From the NCBI GenBank assembly GCA_002633005.1, contig NMRA01000031.1, positions 1,442,858 to 1,506,857 on the forward strand: 64,000 bases of DNA, given 5' to 3'. The notes beneath the pieces were generated by a model, which worked only from the letters and a program-made list of their open reading frames with translations, had not been told where the DNA came from and searched no databases. The translations under genes and the position numbers were made by a program. This document shows, piece after piece, positions 1 to 13,159 of the stretch. How positions within the stretch are numbered: the first letter of the stretch is position 1; every line of letters starts with the position of its first letter. This stretch comes from Phoronis australis (lineage: Eukaryota > Animalia > Phoronida).

Positions 1-789
1 ATTATCGTCTGCTGTCGCTACAACTACAAGAGTATGTCTATAACGTGGAATTCTGAGTGTTCTGTAACTGTTATTCATTTTTTAGTTTCAATAAATATTC
101 TTATGCCATTTCTTTGATACATTTGGCAATTATTAAATTTTACTTCTTGAGTTCCTCACCCAGTCCCGAAAATGTCTTAAGAAATATGTAACAGCTTATC
201 ACATCACATCTCTGTTGCTAATTTAGTCTTGACTTAAAACCCATTGCTGTGTAGGCCTACGCTGATGTCAAACTTTGATACTGTATCTTTGTATTTTACT
301 GGGATGTATCAAGTGAGTTGACATTTGGCACGTGAGTTAAAAAACAATACTTGTGGCAGTGAACGGAACGAGACGTCTACTTAGAAATCGGCAAACAAAA
401 TCTGGAATTCCATTTGGGGATTGAGGAATTAAAGATGACTAAGTTATGATGAGAAATGTACCTGACAGGGAAGCGAACTGTTTTTAACTTCCCTCCCCTC
501 CTCGTCTTTTGGAAACCCTACAAAACGTAGGCACACATACCGAAATAATGGCAGCACAAACTTCTCACAAGTGATACGGCGGGTTAATAAGGTGAAGAAT
601 AAGAAGATTTAAGATGAAAACTATTATCTCTGAACTGAAATTGAAGTGCTGAGATACGGTAAGAGGACTTATTTTTTTAGATTTGCTGTGTTTCTTGGTC
701 CCCTTTCGATATTTTGTTCTCTGGCTCGTATTTATTTTTGAGTACGATTTCAAGCACACTGCCATACCAAACTTGAAATCTGAGCATAG

Positions 790-1007
790 ACTCCGAATTT
801 TTACTCAAAATCGTACTCGAAATATAGACGAGGTACACTTCAGTTCGAGTACACTCGAAAACTGAGTACGTGCTCGAAATTTCGAGTACAGAATTTTCGA
901 GTATGACATTGAATACACCAAAGCTGAATCTGTACTCGAGTTGAGTATGAAGTGTGAGTTTGAGCATGATTCGAGTCTGAGTACGGAGATTGGAGACCGG
1001 GCCCTGG
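790..1007. mobile_element. Degenerate palindromic MITE remnant (GGGCCC-terminus family)
   Basis: Internal inverted motifs (ctcgaaatttcgag; gtactcga/tcgagtac repeats). Right end ttggagaccgggccctgg resembles the TIR of the 15298-15547 MITE. Left TIR not found. Confidence 0.45.
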
Positions 1008-1018
1008 TTATAGTTCAA

Positions 1019-1690
1019 TAGCTGAGCTCGGAGCCGTCTCCGAATAGAATAATCTAGCCAAAATCACAAGCTCTCATTAAAAATACATGGCAATATCTCG
1101 CGGAATCTAGTGAGATCTTACTTTTCTAATGAGGTGCTGGTGTTAATTAACTCTCAGGTTGTACCATAAACCTCACATATACGCCCCCGGAGATTATGCT
1201 CCTTACATGACTTGGGACAGATTATGAAGCAATAAACTCAGACTTCGGAGTAAATAAGTCTTCATATTGACCTCGTATACCTTCAATGACAGCTGCTATG
1301 ACAACGACATTTTAATTCCTTTTAAAAACTTTTGGTGAATTAATGGAGCTCTCACAATGATTCGATTTCGGAGTATTCCTGTTCTAAAGCCACTTCTTTG
1401 CCTCTGTGCCACTGGACGACTCCGAACTAGTGTGACCCATGATTGGTCTTAGAAATGACGTCAAGTAACATAGCAACTAAGGCTGACCCTCCCAACATGA
1501 ACAAAGAGACCCGGGCAGGGTTCAGTAACGCCAAAGATTTTATAGTTACCAAATCTTGGGATATAGTATCTTTGCGAGAGTTAGGACCTCGCTAAAAAGC
1601 AAGACTTCGCGAGATTACGTGAGACATTGTCGCGCGAACACGTGATTTTGGCAAGAATATTGTAGTCGCGAGACAGCTACTGAACCGTAT
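1019..1690. mobile_element. MITE with about 100-bp degenerate terminal inverted repeats
   Basis: Left gccgtctccgaatagaataatctagccaaaatcac...ggcaatatctcgcggaatctagtgagatcttactttt aligns with the reverse complement of about 1595-1685 (gctgtctcgcgactacaatattcttgccaaaatcac...gacaatgtctcacgtaatctcgcgaagtcttgctttt). Confidence 0.65.
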
Positions 1691-2095
1691 ACTGAGACAT
1701 CTTGAACTTATAGTTTTGGCGAATATTATTAACAACAAAATCTGTTGTTTTGTGATCTTATAAATTGACAATTCTCACCACGTTGTCTGCCAAACATTCG
1801 ACGAAATCTAGGCCGGTGACTTCACGAAAAACGTTTAACTTGAACTGCTCTGCCAAAGACCTTTAGTCTCGAGGTCTGACCACATCAGCATTATTTTGAG
1901 TTGATGTACATCTCTAAAACGAGAGTTGCTTTACTATACTATGCTACAATCTGATATCTATGCGTATTTCAGTATTTCAAATCGTCTCTTATTTTTGTCA
2001 TCTTCTGAAAACTTTCAGAGACAATCAATTATTGAATTGCTACCCAATTATTTTATTTGCAGGATGTTCCTTTTAGGACAACCTTTACGAGATAC

Positions 2096-4217
2096 AACAA
2101 AAGCAACGCAGAGCGTTGAAATGGGTCTACGGCTGCACCGCTAGCGGTTAGCGTCCAGTGGCGTTTATTTGTATCATACAAATGGCCTAGATGGCTCAGA
2201 ATACATTGAACACATCCAAGAATGGAAAGGTGTTGTCGTCTCTCAAAATTATTAACCAAATTTAATGAAAATCCGTCAAAGAACTCCAAAGATACAAAGG
2301 CAAACGTAAAACAAACTACCAATAGGAACCACAGCAGCAGTCGAATCCATCCAACTGCTGTCAAGTTAATAAGAATACAACTGCAAAATTTCAAAAACAT
2401 CTTGCAAGGGGTTTAGGAGACACAGTCTTTGATGCGCAAAAATGTCATTAGGAGGCACCACAGTAGTTGGACCAGTTTGAAAATCAGCGTCAGTCATGCT
2501 CATGTCAGTAGGAACACATCTGCCAATTTACATTATACTCTGAGCGGTTTGGCAGACAGAGAAGTAGATGACAAAAACAGACTAAAATAATCAAAATGGC
2601 CACTAGTTGGCGTAGAATACGTCGAATCCATCACAAAAGGGAAAGATACTGTTATCTTCGCTATCGAATTTTGTTTGCCCAATTTCATGAAAAAGCATCA
2701 AGGCACTCAGAAGTTACAGAGGCAAAAATAAAAAAATATAACTGCCATTAGGAGCACAGTTGTAATTGGATTGGTCTGAGACTGGCTGTCATCTGTTGGC
2801 ATCTACATAGGAACACATCTGCTAAATTTTAGGAAGATCTTGTAAAGGATAAGGAGATACATCCGTGAAAGCAAAAAATATAATTGGCCACTTGGGGGGA
2901 GTAGTTGAACCCATCCGAAAATCAACGTCAGCCTCGGTCTCCTCATCAGGAACACATCTCCAAATTTTAGTAATTGATACTTCAAGCGGTTTGGTGGATG
3001 GAGAAGGTGATATCAAAAACGTACTAAAAATGGTTAAAATGGCCACAGAGTGATGCGGAATACGTCAAATCCGTCCGCAAATGAGAAAGCGTCATCGTCT
3101 CCTTAATAAAAACCTATTTATTAAATTCCCTAAAAATCTCCCAACGAGGATCACAGATGCAGACAACGAAAAAAAAAAACACTAGCGGGAAACAGCGGTA
3201 GTCGGTTCCATCTAAATGTCGTCGTTGTACCTGGTCAACTTCATATAAATACACTTGCCAACTTTGATAAATATCTTGCACATAGATAGTATCATACAGC
3301 CATAGACGCAAAGCACTACCACTAGGAGGCGCCACGGTAGTCTGAGTGGTCCGAAAATCATCATCAGCCGACCTCTTCACAGTAGAAACATAAACGCCAA
3401 TTTTCATCCTTAGAGTGGTTTGATTTATAGAGGGGCGGACGCCAAAACAAACTAAAAAACAGTAAAAATGGCCAAAACGAGAACATGTCATCGTTTCTTT
3501 AAAAGTAAGCTATTTACCAAATTTCATAAAAATTCGCCAAGGAACTTCCGAGAAACAGGGGAAAACGAAAAAAAAAAAAAGAAATTGCCAATAGGGAGCA
3601 TGTGCGTCCGTCGGATGTCTCAAAGTCGTCGTCCGTGGGCATTGACAGATTGAACTTGACATAAATACACCTGCTAAATTTAATAAAGATCCTTCAGTGG
3701 GTTTAGGAGATAACGGTATGGACGCAAAAACTGCCACTAGGAGGCGCCACTGTAGTCGAAGTCGGGAAATCATCGTCATCCGTCATCTCCACGCTAAGAA
3801 CATATATGCAAAGTTTCACAATCATCCTCAGAGTGGTTTGGTTGATAGGGTGGCGGACACCAAAAACAGGCTCGAGAACACTAAAATGGCCACTAGGTGG
3901 AGCAAAATACATTGAATCCATCCGAAAAAAGGAGGATGAAGTCATCTCACTAATAGATGCCTACTGTGCCAAATTTCATGAAAATACTTTGAGGACCTTT
4001 GAAGTTACAGAGTTAAACGTAAAAAAAATAAAATTGCCAGTAGGGGCACACCGGTAGTCGGATCCGTCCGAAAGTCTTCGTCAGCTTCCTAGGAAGAACA
4101 TAGCGGCCAAATCTCATCAAGATCCCGTGAGGGGTTTAGGAGATACAGCTGCGGACGGCGGACAGACAGAGATGACGGCAATATGCACCCACATATAAAC
4201 ATGCCGATGCATAAAAA
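2096..4217 (+). mobile_element. Non-autonomous Helentron/HINE-like element with internal tandem array
   Basis: Starts aacaaaagc. Diverged roughly 140-150-bp monomers (gccactagg...ccgaaaatcatcgtc...ccaaatttca) repeat throughout. The motif aaaatggcca recurs at about 2593, 3038, 3465 and 3883. Ends with cggacggcggacagacag, a short hairpin and ataaaaa. Confidence 0.6.
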
Positions 4218-4661
4218 TAGAGTTCACAATTGGGTCCTCCTCGCATTTCAAAGAAACTGTTCGCGGTCTTAAAAGCTTACGTTGCTGGCTTGGTCTATTG
4301 CCCCCACCCCGCTTTCTACTAAGGAGCTGCAGGTTAGGGAAAAACCTTCGCAAATGACCGAATGAGTTACTCCAAGGGTATTTAAAAGTGTTTGATGACC
4401 AAAATCGTACTGATTATGCGAGCGAACTTCATTAGATATTATTTATGATGAGTTTCTATTACATTTTTCTGGACCATTTTATCAGCAACGTTTCTCACAA
4501 TAATCAAAAGATTTCTTAACTATTCAATTTTAAATTAAAAATCAGATTTGAAGTCCAAAATTAATGAGGTGTAATACATGAACGAACAATTGTAGCAACT
4601 TAATGGCTAATTATCACTCAAACTTGGATGTGGTGAAGACACCGATCTTCTATTAAATGTT

Positions 4662-4686
4662 GGGGGAGGGGGGGGGGGGGGGGGGG
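4662..4686 (+). repeat. Poly-G tract
   Basis: About 25 nt of near-pure G. Confidence 0.9.
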
Positions 4687-7600
4687 AGTTCATTGGTTGT
4701 ACATGAAGTGGCGGTTACATGAAATGGTAAAAGTCACCAACCCTGGTTCTTCACTGATTCATGACAAAAGGTCGTGTGATTGATACATGGCTCCCTCGGG
4801 ATGACGGCAGTTATGTTCAACGTTCTTTCAACGACTTCTTAGTACATGGATGAGTTCAGTAATTACTTCATTATTTTTTATTTTTGATCGCTAACCCGGA
4901 AGAAATACTTTTGTGCTACGTGTATGAAACAGGCGAAGCATCAGTTTATCCCCACTGACGTCACAGCTGACTGTTATTGAATATTATTTTTACGACTCAG
5001 AGCTGGAACTTTAACCTAGATTGATAAAGTTCAGCGGATGTCAAGCGCAGACATCATGATTACCACATGTTGTGCGAACGCCGACCTTGAAGGACGACTC
5101 GGAATTTGGACCGTTAGAATGGACACGTCATGGAATAGTCGGATGGCTTAAATTTGTAGCAATTTGCGAGCCCTAACGCAGTCGCCGATCTAGCTGAGGC
5201 AAGAGTAAGGGGGACCACATTTTTCAAATACACGCACCATTTTCGAATTCGCTATTTTAAGAATGACCAACCTTAATCATCTTTGAAACGCTTTGTTCTT
5301 ATTGCTTTGGATGTCCTTGTTGGCAACGGAAACAGAATCCAATCACGGCAAGGAGTACCAGGAGATCCATTTTAGCAAGCTAAACAGGGCGAAATGCCGC
5401 TTCAGATGTTTTCGTGAAATAAATCTAGAAATGATGGAACTAACAGATTGTGTAAATTTTCAACGAGGCAATAAAGAAATTCACCAAGTGAATTTTAAAT
5501 GTTTTTACATGTTGTTGAAAAAAAGCTGAGACCTTCCCAGGAACCTGAGGTGCACACGAACGACATGCGCAGCTCAAACACACACAGCAGCAGAACAATG
5601 CAAAGAAATATTAATTTGAAGCCCTAATCCAACGGGTTGAACAAAGGGCAGACAAGATTAAAACGCCATCTCCCAGGGGATACAACATTAGACGTAGCCT
5701 GCTTCATGGAGCGCGCGGCTATCAGCAGGACGCCAGGCACACCAGGCAGCGATTCTACGTCGATCTGTAATGCAGCCTGGATGAAAATAGCGTTGATGGA
5801 GTGGAATCACCGTTGTTAGCTTATCAATGAACCTATTGAATTTTCTTATTGTATAAGCAGAGTAGTTTTATTGGTGTTAGTAGGTCAACTGATATCGGTA
5901 GTCCTTGAAACTGACAGACATGAGTTCTAGGAACTTACTGTCCGACAAGAATGCACATAGGCCTAATTGTGCAGAAATGCCCTATGAAATGGTGACAGGG
6001 ACTACATTAAACCTCGTATCCGGTAACTGGACTTTTCTCAGTATCGATTAGCGAGTGCGTGAACAGAGCCGAATGACATTTAAGTACGAGAAGGTAATCT
6101 CTCAAGCACGTCAAGAATATATTATCGACAGTTTATCTAGTGCAACTGCAAAAACAAACACTGACCCAGATTTGACCCCAGTTCGATAAAAATATCTCGG
6201 TGACCTACTTTTTGATGGGCGTAATGAGATTTGAACGAGTTTGTTGTGCTGCCACGGTGACATTTAGTGCCATAAACGAGGATGGGATAATAGTCATAAA
6301 ATTGACAAAATAAGCGTTTTGGGAGGTGTTACTCCGTAAGTTGGATGGGGAAACACTCGCCGTTACAAGACGATAAGCACATTTTTGTTTGGATAAAACG
6401 AGTGAATTCATATTTTATGACATTTACCACCGCAAATTTTACAATATGACGTCATTCATTCAGATTTTAAAGGTGATCACGGTTAAAAATCAACGTGATT
6501 CGACATTTAAGATTTGTCTCGCGGCGTAATTTTTGTGAAATTCAGGGTGAAGTCTCACCAACGCAAAGGTCGCGCTATAAATTACGATATCCCCCACTTT
6601 ATAGGCCTCTAACCACGGCAACGGAAGCACGAGGTTAACCATTGGAAAAGGACGAGACGCTATTCCCCGCGCCTTGTATTCCGCTGTTCCTCAGCTTCTC
6701 AATGAAGGTTTCCTGTGCCCAATGCTCCCACAACCTTTCTATGCTCCTACTGCTTGTTAATATTCAACATTCCTAAGTGCTAAAGACATAGAAAATAATC
6801 CGTTAGAAATTGGACTTTGGAAGAAACACGGATGCAGGCAGATTTGAGAAGGATGCCAGGGCGCTCGGATCCACATCTACGGACACAACCGGAAAAAAGA
6901 AAGGCCGCCGGCATGTCGATTTTAAGGGCTACTCCCCATCCTACCGGTTTACGACATTCCAGATCCGCCACTGTGTATTTGTTGTGGAAAATGAACTACC
7001 GAAACCGAAACATATTACTTGAATTGCCTGTCATATTTAATTAATAACTCTTCTTCAATAAGCATCGTCCAGATAATCATAATCACCCCCACTAAGCGCA
7101 AACATGCGAACAATGAATGGATCTTTTTCTCTGAAACTAAATTTGTTTTCGTTACCCTTTGGGAACTCGGACTCACGCATCTAGAGCACACCAACATAGA
7201 AGAGATCGGATTTAACAAGGTAAGGCGAACGGCAGAGAGGGGGACATTGATGCCGCCCTCGGGCACGGCGAAATTGCACATGTAGTCCTACGCGATACGA
7301 GTAAGCCCAAACGAAGGCACACTTCTACGAGGGACTCTCACAACGGGAGGTGCGAGCTAGAGATGCGCAATGCGGGTCCAGAGTTCGAGTAGGGGACGCG
7401 TTCTGTCACGGCACGCAAGACACTCACGAGTAACCTCAATGTGATCACGTGCTTCGCTTGGCATGGCATGGCGATATCTCGCGGATTTCCGTGATGTCAC
7501 TTTTTCACGCAAGAAATTTACTCTACGTACTGAACGCGGCGATAGACAGCGCCTGTCAACACAAACGCCATTTCCAAAATTAAGATGATAATTGCTGACT

Positions 7601-9464
7601 ATCCAGGAGTTATTATACCACCGTCTGCATCCCGTCACACATTCTACCCTGTGTGCCTCTATTTTAGACCCACGACCATATTCCCTGCACGGAAATCTCC
7701 TTTCAATGTTCAACTTATAAAAACCACTCATTAACAGAAATGCCTAGCAAAAAACAACAAAAAATCCAGCCCCACGGCCACTCATTACTGAAAATCACAA
7801 TCTCACCGCCAGTGTCTGTCATGGTCGCAACACCTCTTTCGATGTGTCTTCACTGATAGTGGAGTCCAGCAGTGAGAAATATCGCGTTTGACAAAAGCTA
7901 GCGTAACGCTCGGTAATCCAGTACGTCGTTGATAATTTGGGGTCAAGTTCGGGGCAAGTGCGATTCTATGGTTGAAAGGAATTGATAGTCAGCAAATGTA
8001 GGTCAAACTAGAACAGATTGGCCTGGGGGGAGCTTGTGTCTGACACAGTTGATAAAACCCCGGGAACGAAATGAATGAAATTAACAGTGTGATCATTACT
8101 CGCCTTTCGGCAAGAAGTATCGTACTTATGTTTGTTCATTGCATGGGCCCCCGTGTTGGGATGGGTCGGGAACCAGTCGGAACCATCTCGTGAGTCAACA
8201 GACAAGAGATTACGTTTGTTTGTTTGCTTGACGGCTTTTATCACACAGGGATGTACCGATTGCTGTTCGCCCATCTGAATCGTCAGCGGTCCATGTAGTG
8301 ACGTCATCGTGCCACATGATCGAGGCATCGCCGGGGTGGTGCTGCTGCGTTAGGTGGCACTGTGCAGTCAGAATGTAGTCGCCTCCGATATACGCCGCGC
8401 CCGGCTTATAAATTTGGATTGCACAAAACTTGAATAAGGTTCGGATAACTATCCGGCGGATGTCTATGTTATAGGGCAAAAAGAATACCATATAATATAT
8501 AGTATAAATGTATATTATGGGTATACATGCGCGCACCCGGGGGGGGGGGCTCGAGGGGCGAATGCAAATGCATAGGTCTTGAACAAACTCCGTTTACATT
8601 TGTTTCTTTTTAGNCCTCAGAGAAACAAAAAGTTCGAGAAAACGTGATAAAAGTGCACTAAAAAGGTGGTACACCGTTTTTTAGTCCTACCAATGTCAAA
8701 GTTTTGTCAGCAAAGGGTCCACATCGACAGAAATTCGAGCCCCCCATTTTCAAGGCTGGGAGCGCGCATGTACCATACACCCATAATTCTTTTAACCGTG
8801 TTAAAGACAAAAATGGCCGAAACAAGAAAAAGATCACCAAACTATAACTAGACTGGACTAAAAACGAGATCCGGCAACCTTCTGTACTCGGAATGAACTT
8901 GCTGACTGAGTCGAATTTACAAGTCATTAACTGCAAGTTCAGTCAGAAGGTGACAATTGGTGAGCTCCGTTTGGGAGGAAGTAACACCCAAGGAAGTGAC
9001 GAGCCTGCAGGGAACAGCAAAAAGATCGTATACTTTTAATATTTACGGGGCGGACATTAAAATCCAAAGCGAGGCTCACTGCAATAAAGCGGAAGCGGAT
9101 ATTGTGTGAGTAAATGGCTGGTCTTTCGAGTCCAAACTGGATATCAAATCTTAAAAGTGAGACAATAATTAACCGCAGAGACGTAGAAAATAAGTTAGAG
9201 AACACGTCAATACACTAGAGAGCTGTCTGACGGAAAGGTACAAGTTTTTTTAGACAACTACATGCGATAGTTTTACAGCTGTAGGCATGTGTTCGTAGTT
9301 TTGACGAGTTGAAGATATATTTGACAGTGGTGGCTTATCGCATTTTGCCGTCATGTGCAAGTCACATCTGGTTTAATTTGTTGATCAAGAATATTAACAT
9401 CAAGCAGGGCCTAAGTCCTGATAGTGACCTAAGGACTACCAGAATTAACTGTTGATTAGTCATT

Positions 9465-9789
9465 GACGTCCAATCCGTCCCAAAAATGACATCATCGCCT
9501 CCCTATTAAAAATCTGTTTGCCGAATTTCATGAAAATCCACCAAGGCACTCCGAAGAGGCAAACGTAAAAAACTAGAACTGCCACTAGGTTGCACAGTGA
9601 TATTCGGGTACGTCCGAAAATCATCATTTTCTGTCGTCAGCCCACAGGAACACACCTGTCAAATTTCAGTAAGATTCTTCAAAGGATTTAGGAGATACGA
9701 CCGCGGACGCCGCACGCCCAGTCGCCCAGACAGAGATGATGGCAATACTATATGCACCCACAGGTATTAAATATGTGAGCGAATAAAAA
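9465..9789 (+). mobile_element. 3' fragment of the same HINE-like family as 2096-4217
   Basis: Shares gccgaatttcatgaaaatcc, gccactagg, ccgaaaatcatc, ttaggagatac and cagacagagatga...atgcacccaca...ataaaaa. Confidence 0.7.
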
Positions 9790-9934
9790 GTATAGCCTCT
9801 CTTCCGAAGCGAAACGTCTCTCTAGTAAGCTCTTCCTCGCTATAATTGTTAAGATCTGTAATTTGTGTCCCAAACTGCCGCTGTCTTAGTCTAAATCTGT
9901 AAAGTGCGTTCAGTGTGATTCGATGTCTGATGGT

Positions 9935-10078
9935 CGGGTAACTTTATGCGGCGAATAGTATGAGTTATATGGCGGACAACATACGAGTTTTATGCAACCC
10001 AACTTTCCGGCGTATAAGAAGTTATACGCCGGATAAAGACTTATACGGCAGATAACAAGTTTTATGCAACCGGACCCT
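9935..10078. mobile_element. MITE remnant with internal palindrome
   Basis: tccggcgtataa-gaag-ttatacgccgga hairpin, duplicated gttttatgcaacc, terminus caaccggaccc. Confidence 0.45.
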
Positions 10079-10569
10079 AAGTTTTCATGTGAACATGTGA
10101 ACGAAAAAAATCCGCTAGCTCAGCTGTATATAAACTTTCTTCAAAATGGCGACCCCTTTTAGCATTATTGATTCCTGCTATGCGGCCAGGTAGCCCTCGG
10201 ACAACCCAAAAAATGTAAAAATCTAATTGGATGGGACACATTTGTGTATTCTGTAGTAAATTTAAGTTCAGAGAGTAGATTTAAAGAAATTCCCATAAAT
10301 ACTTTCCAGTCAAATGAGTGGTATGACGACATCACGACTCCACAAAACACGCCGTAAACCAGTGTTATTCAACGACAGTGACCGACAGGCAGTCATGAGC
10401 GACCTGCACGTCACGCACATACACGGCGTCCGTTTCTTTATCGTCTCCGATGGCCCATTCGCATTTGACACGATCAAAGCCATAAAATCAACGATCTCCA
10501 GCGCAACTTTCAATAATAATGACTCAATTATTTTGTAGATAACTTCTGACTATATTCATGCTCAATATC

Positions 10570-10598
10570 ACTACTACTGCTAATGTTACTACTACTGC

Positions 10599-10644
<46 letters not shown>

Positions 10645-10705
10645 GTTATTATTATTATAATTATATCATTATTGTCATGAATAGTATTATCATCATCATC
10701 GTCAT
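10570..10705. repeat. (ATT)n microsatellite with degenerate (ACT)/(ATC) flanks
   Basis: Direct reading. It explains the poly-Ile ORF 10524..10751. Confidence 0.95.
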
Positions 10706-12727
10706 CTTTATAAGAGATCACTATCATAATCATTGACACAGTTTTGTACACGTACTTTGTAAGTGTGTGAGTGTGTCATCAAACTAATCAAAAAAAACAA
10801 TACTTCACTCGATTGCAGTGTCGTATTGCCAACGTAGGTCTAAGTTCGAAGGAAACTAAGTCAGGGTCAAAGGTTCAGTTTGTTATGTACAAGAAAACAA
10901 CAGAGATTTATGTTCATTTAAAACTGAACGATAAATTAAATGAATAACAGAAATGACAAACGTCGGAGCGATTCGAGTTCAAATGCTAATTAACTCACCG
11001 AAATTCCACGACAGACGAGTTCAATGAGTCGTGCATTTTACTCGTTTTTATAATTTCAACAAAAGTACAACACTATTAACGGTACTGTGGTCCTCCTATT
11101 TGCCTTCTTTTGATTGCAGGTGTACTTTAAAGGTCGAAGTGTTTTAATTAGTGGTATGACATTCAGGTTTTATAAAACGCAGAGACGCACTTCTTTCTTT
11201 TTCCATTCAGCTACTCGTTGTTCTGATTTAAAATAGTTGCCTCAAATCTACTAGAGGTTGGTCTCAACACAATTAGTTGACAAGAAAAATGAGAGTAGTG
11301 AAAATATTAACCCAGAATACGGATGATTACGCGGAATGAACAAGGTCGGCCATTTTGTAATTAACTCACAACTGTCATAGGTGAGCGAAAACGGAGTGAA
11401 CGATGCCAATTGAGTCTGATCTCAATTAACTTAATACCGATTAACTAACTAACTGTAATTAATGACAATACCATAAACACTAGAATAAGTCACAGAAGCA
11501 AATTAGGTTGACTGCAACAATAACAAGTCTATAAGCAGGCGATGACTCGATAAAAGTAAAGACAAGATAGTTGAGTTCGCTCGGAGGGTACTGCCCCTTG
11601 CTGGGCTTGCATGGAACAAATAAAAAGGCCAGACGGGAAGGCATCGTCGGGATAATGGCTATTTTGACCAAAGAACTCTACAACAAGGTTAATTAAGAAT
11701 GTATGACTGCGATCAACTCGGGGGTGAGTTGAGGACTGACTAAAAGAATATTGCAAACGATTTCTCTATGGCAACGACAAAATGATGCAAGTTAAAGCTG
11801 ATTACCGGAAAGAAGTCTTTGCATGGACGAGGGGCACGATTTATTTATATCACATTAAATTTAACGCCAGGGCACACTACGTAATGCCTTGGTTCTGCTC
11901 GTCATTGGCTACACTTGCTGGACTTCGCCGGTTCTCGGTTCTGCCCGGTTAACATGTGATTGGTTTGTACGCCGGAAGATGTCTTCGTAAACCAATCAGA
12001 CGCTTGACCAGATAAGCCGGTGAGGTCATTCAAGTGCAACAAATATCAAATCACCCAGTCTTACTGGCTCATACAAACACTGACATTACCAACATGCAAA
12101 ACTCGGCAACCCTGTTTTCGTTTGAAACTGAAATAAAAGGACGCGGGATGGCGAACAAAGATTTGCAGACGTCTAGACCTTACAATATTGTTCGTACTGG
12201 CGTTCTCTATTGAGAGCACGTGACTTCCGATTGATCACTACTCAGATTTGGTAGTAGTTCATAAATGTAATTGCAGAGGAATAGATTCCACGGTCAGTCC
12301 CTCCCATTGCTTAGTTAGTTAAAGTGCACTAATTTATTATAGCATTTCGACACCGGCTGGGATCGTGTTCTCTCGCTTTATCAGCGGCAGCCACAGGCTT
12401 TATCGCGGCTACAGTCTTCGCGGCAGTGGGACATGTAAGGAACAAGACGTCATTACTCACCATTTGATATTTCAAAAGGTTTGCCATCTTTCGTAAGACA
12501 GAGGTATATCCCACCGCACAGCAGTGGAAATTTTCCGGAATTATAATACCAGCAAAGGTGCTAAAACGCTGTTTATACCAGTAGTTTGAAACCTCCCGTA
12601 GGTGGCGCTGAACGTCTGTCTCATAAACACCTGATTGCCGCCTGGCGCGGCTATTTCGATAGTCAGCCACTGAAAAGCAAGCTGTCATGGCCTGTACAGA
12701 GAGGGAGAAATGATTGTAGTGACTTAA

Positions 12728-13159
12728 AGATGCTAGGTCTCATTAAATTTTGAATATTCAAATGAAGTACTAGTTTACAAATAACCCCGGGTCTTTCGGT
12801 GTGCACTGAGGAAATCATCCAGGAACCGGTTACCATTACAATCTCGCGAAAGTCTCCTTTTGCGAGACTATTTTCATATAAATGAGCATGGTAATATTTC
12901 ATCATTACCCTAATGAAACAAGGCACAGACGATATTATTTGTTTAATTTACCATTAAATATCGATTGCGTGCTATTTGTTTTTGATATGTCAATACTTGC
13001 TTTTAAGTGTATCAGTTGTGGTGTTTTCTCTTAAACCGCAAGTTATTTACTAATTGTTTCTTTTCCTGATTATACTTGTATACGCAGTTCCCCAGCTAGT
13101 CACTAGGTAGCGTTTGATACAAATTCGAATATTCACGGTTTTAATGAGACATGGCATCT
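12728..13159. mobile_element. Kolobok-type MITE (TTAA TSD, AG...CT termini), copy 1
   Basis: ttaa|agatgctaggtctcattaa ... ttaatgagacatggcatct|ttaa. Colinear homolog at 19191-19620. Confidence 0.85.

Noticed and set aside
10524-10751. Hydrophobic poly-Ile membrane-protein-like ORF
   Set aside because: It is a translation of the (ATT)n microsatellite.
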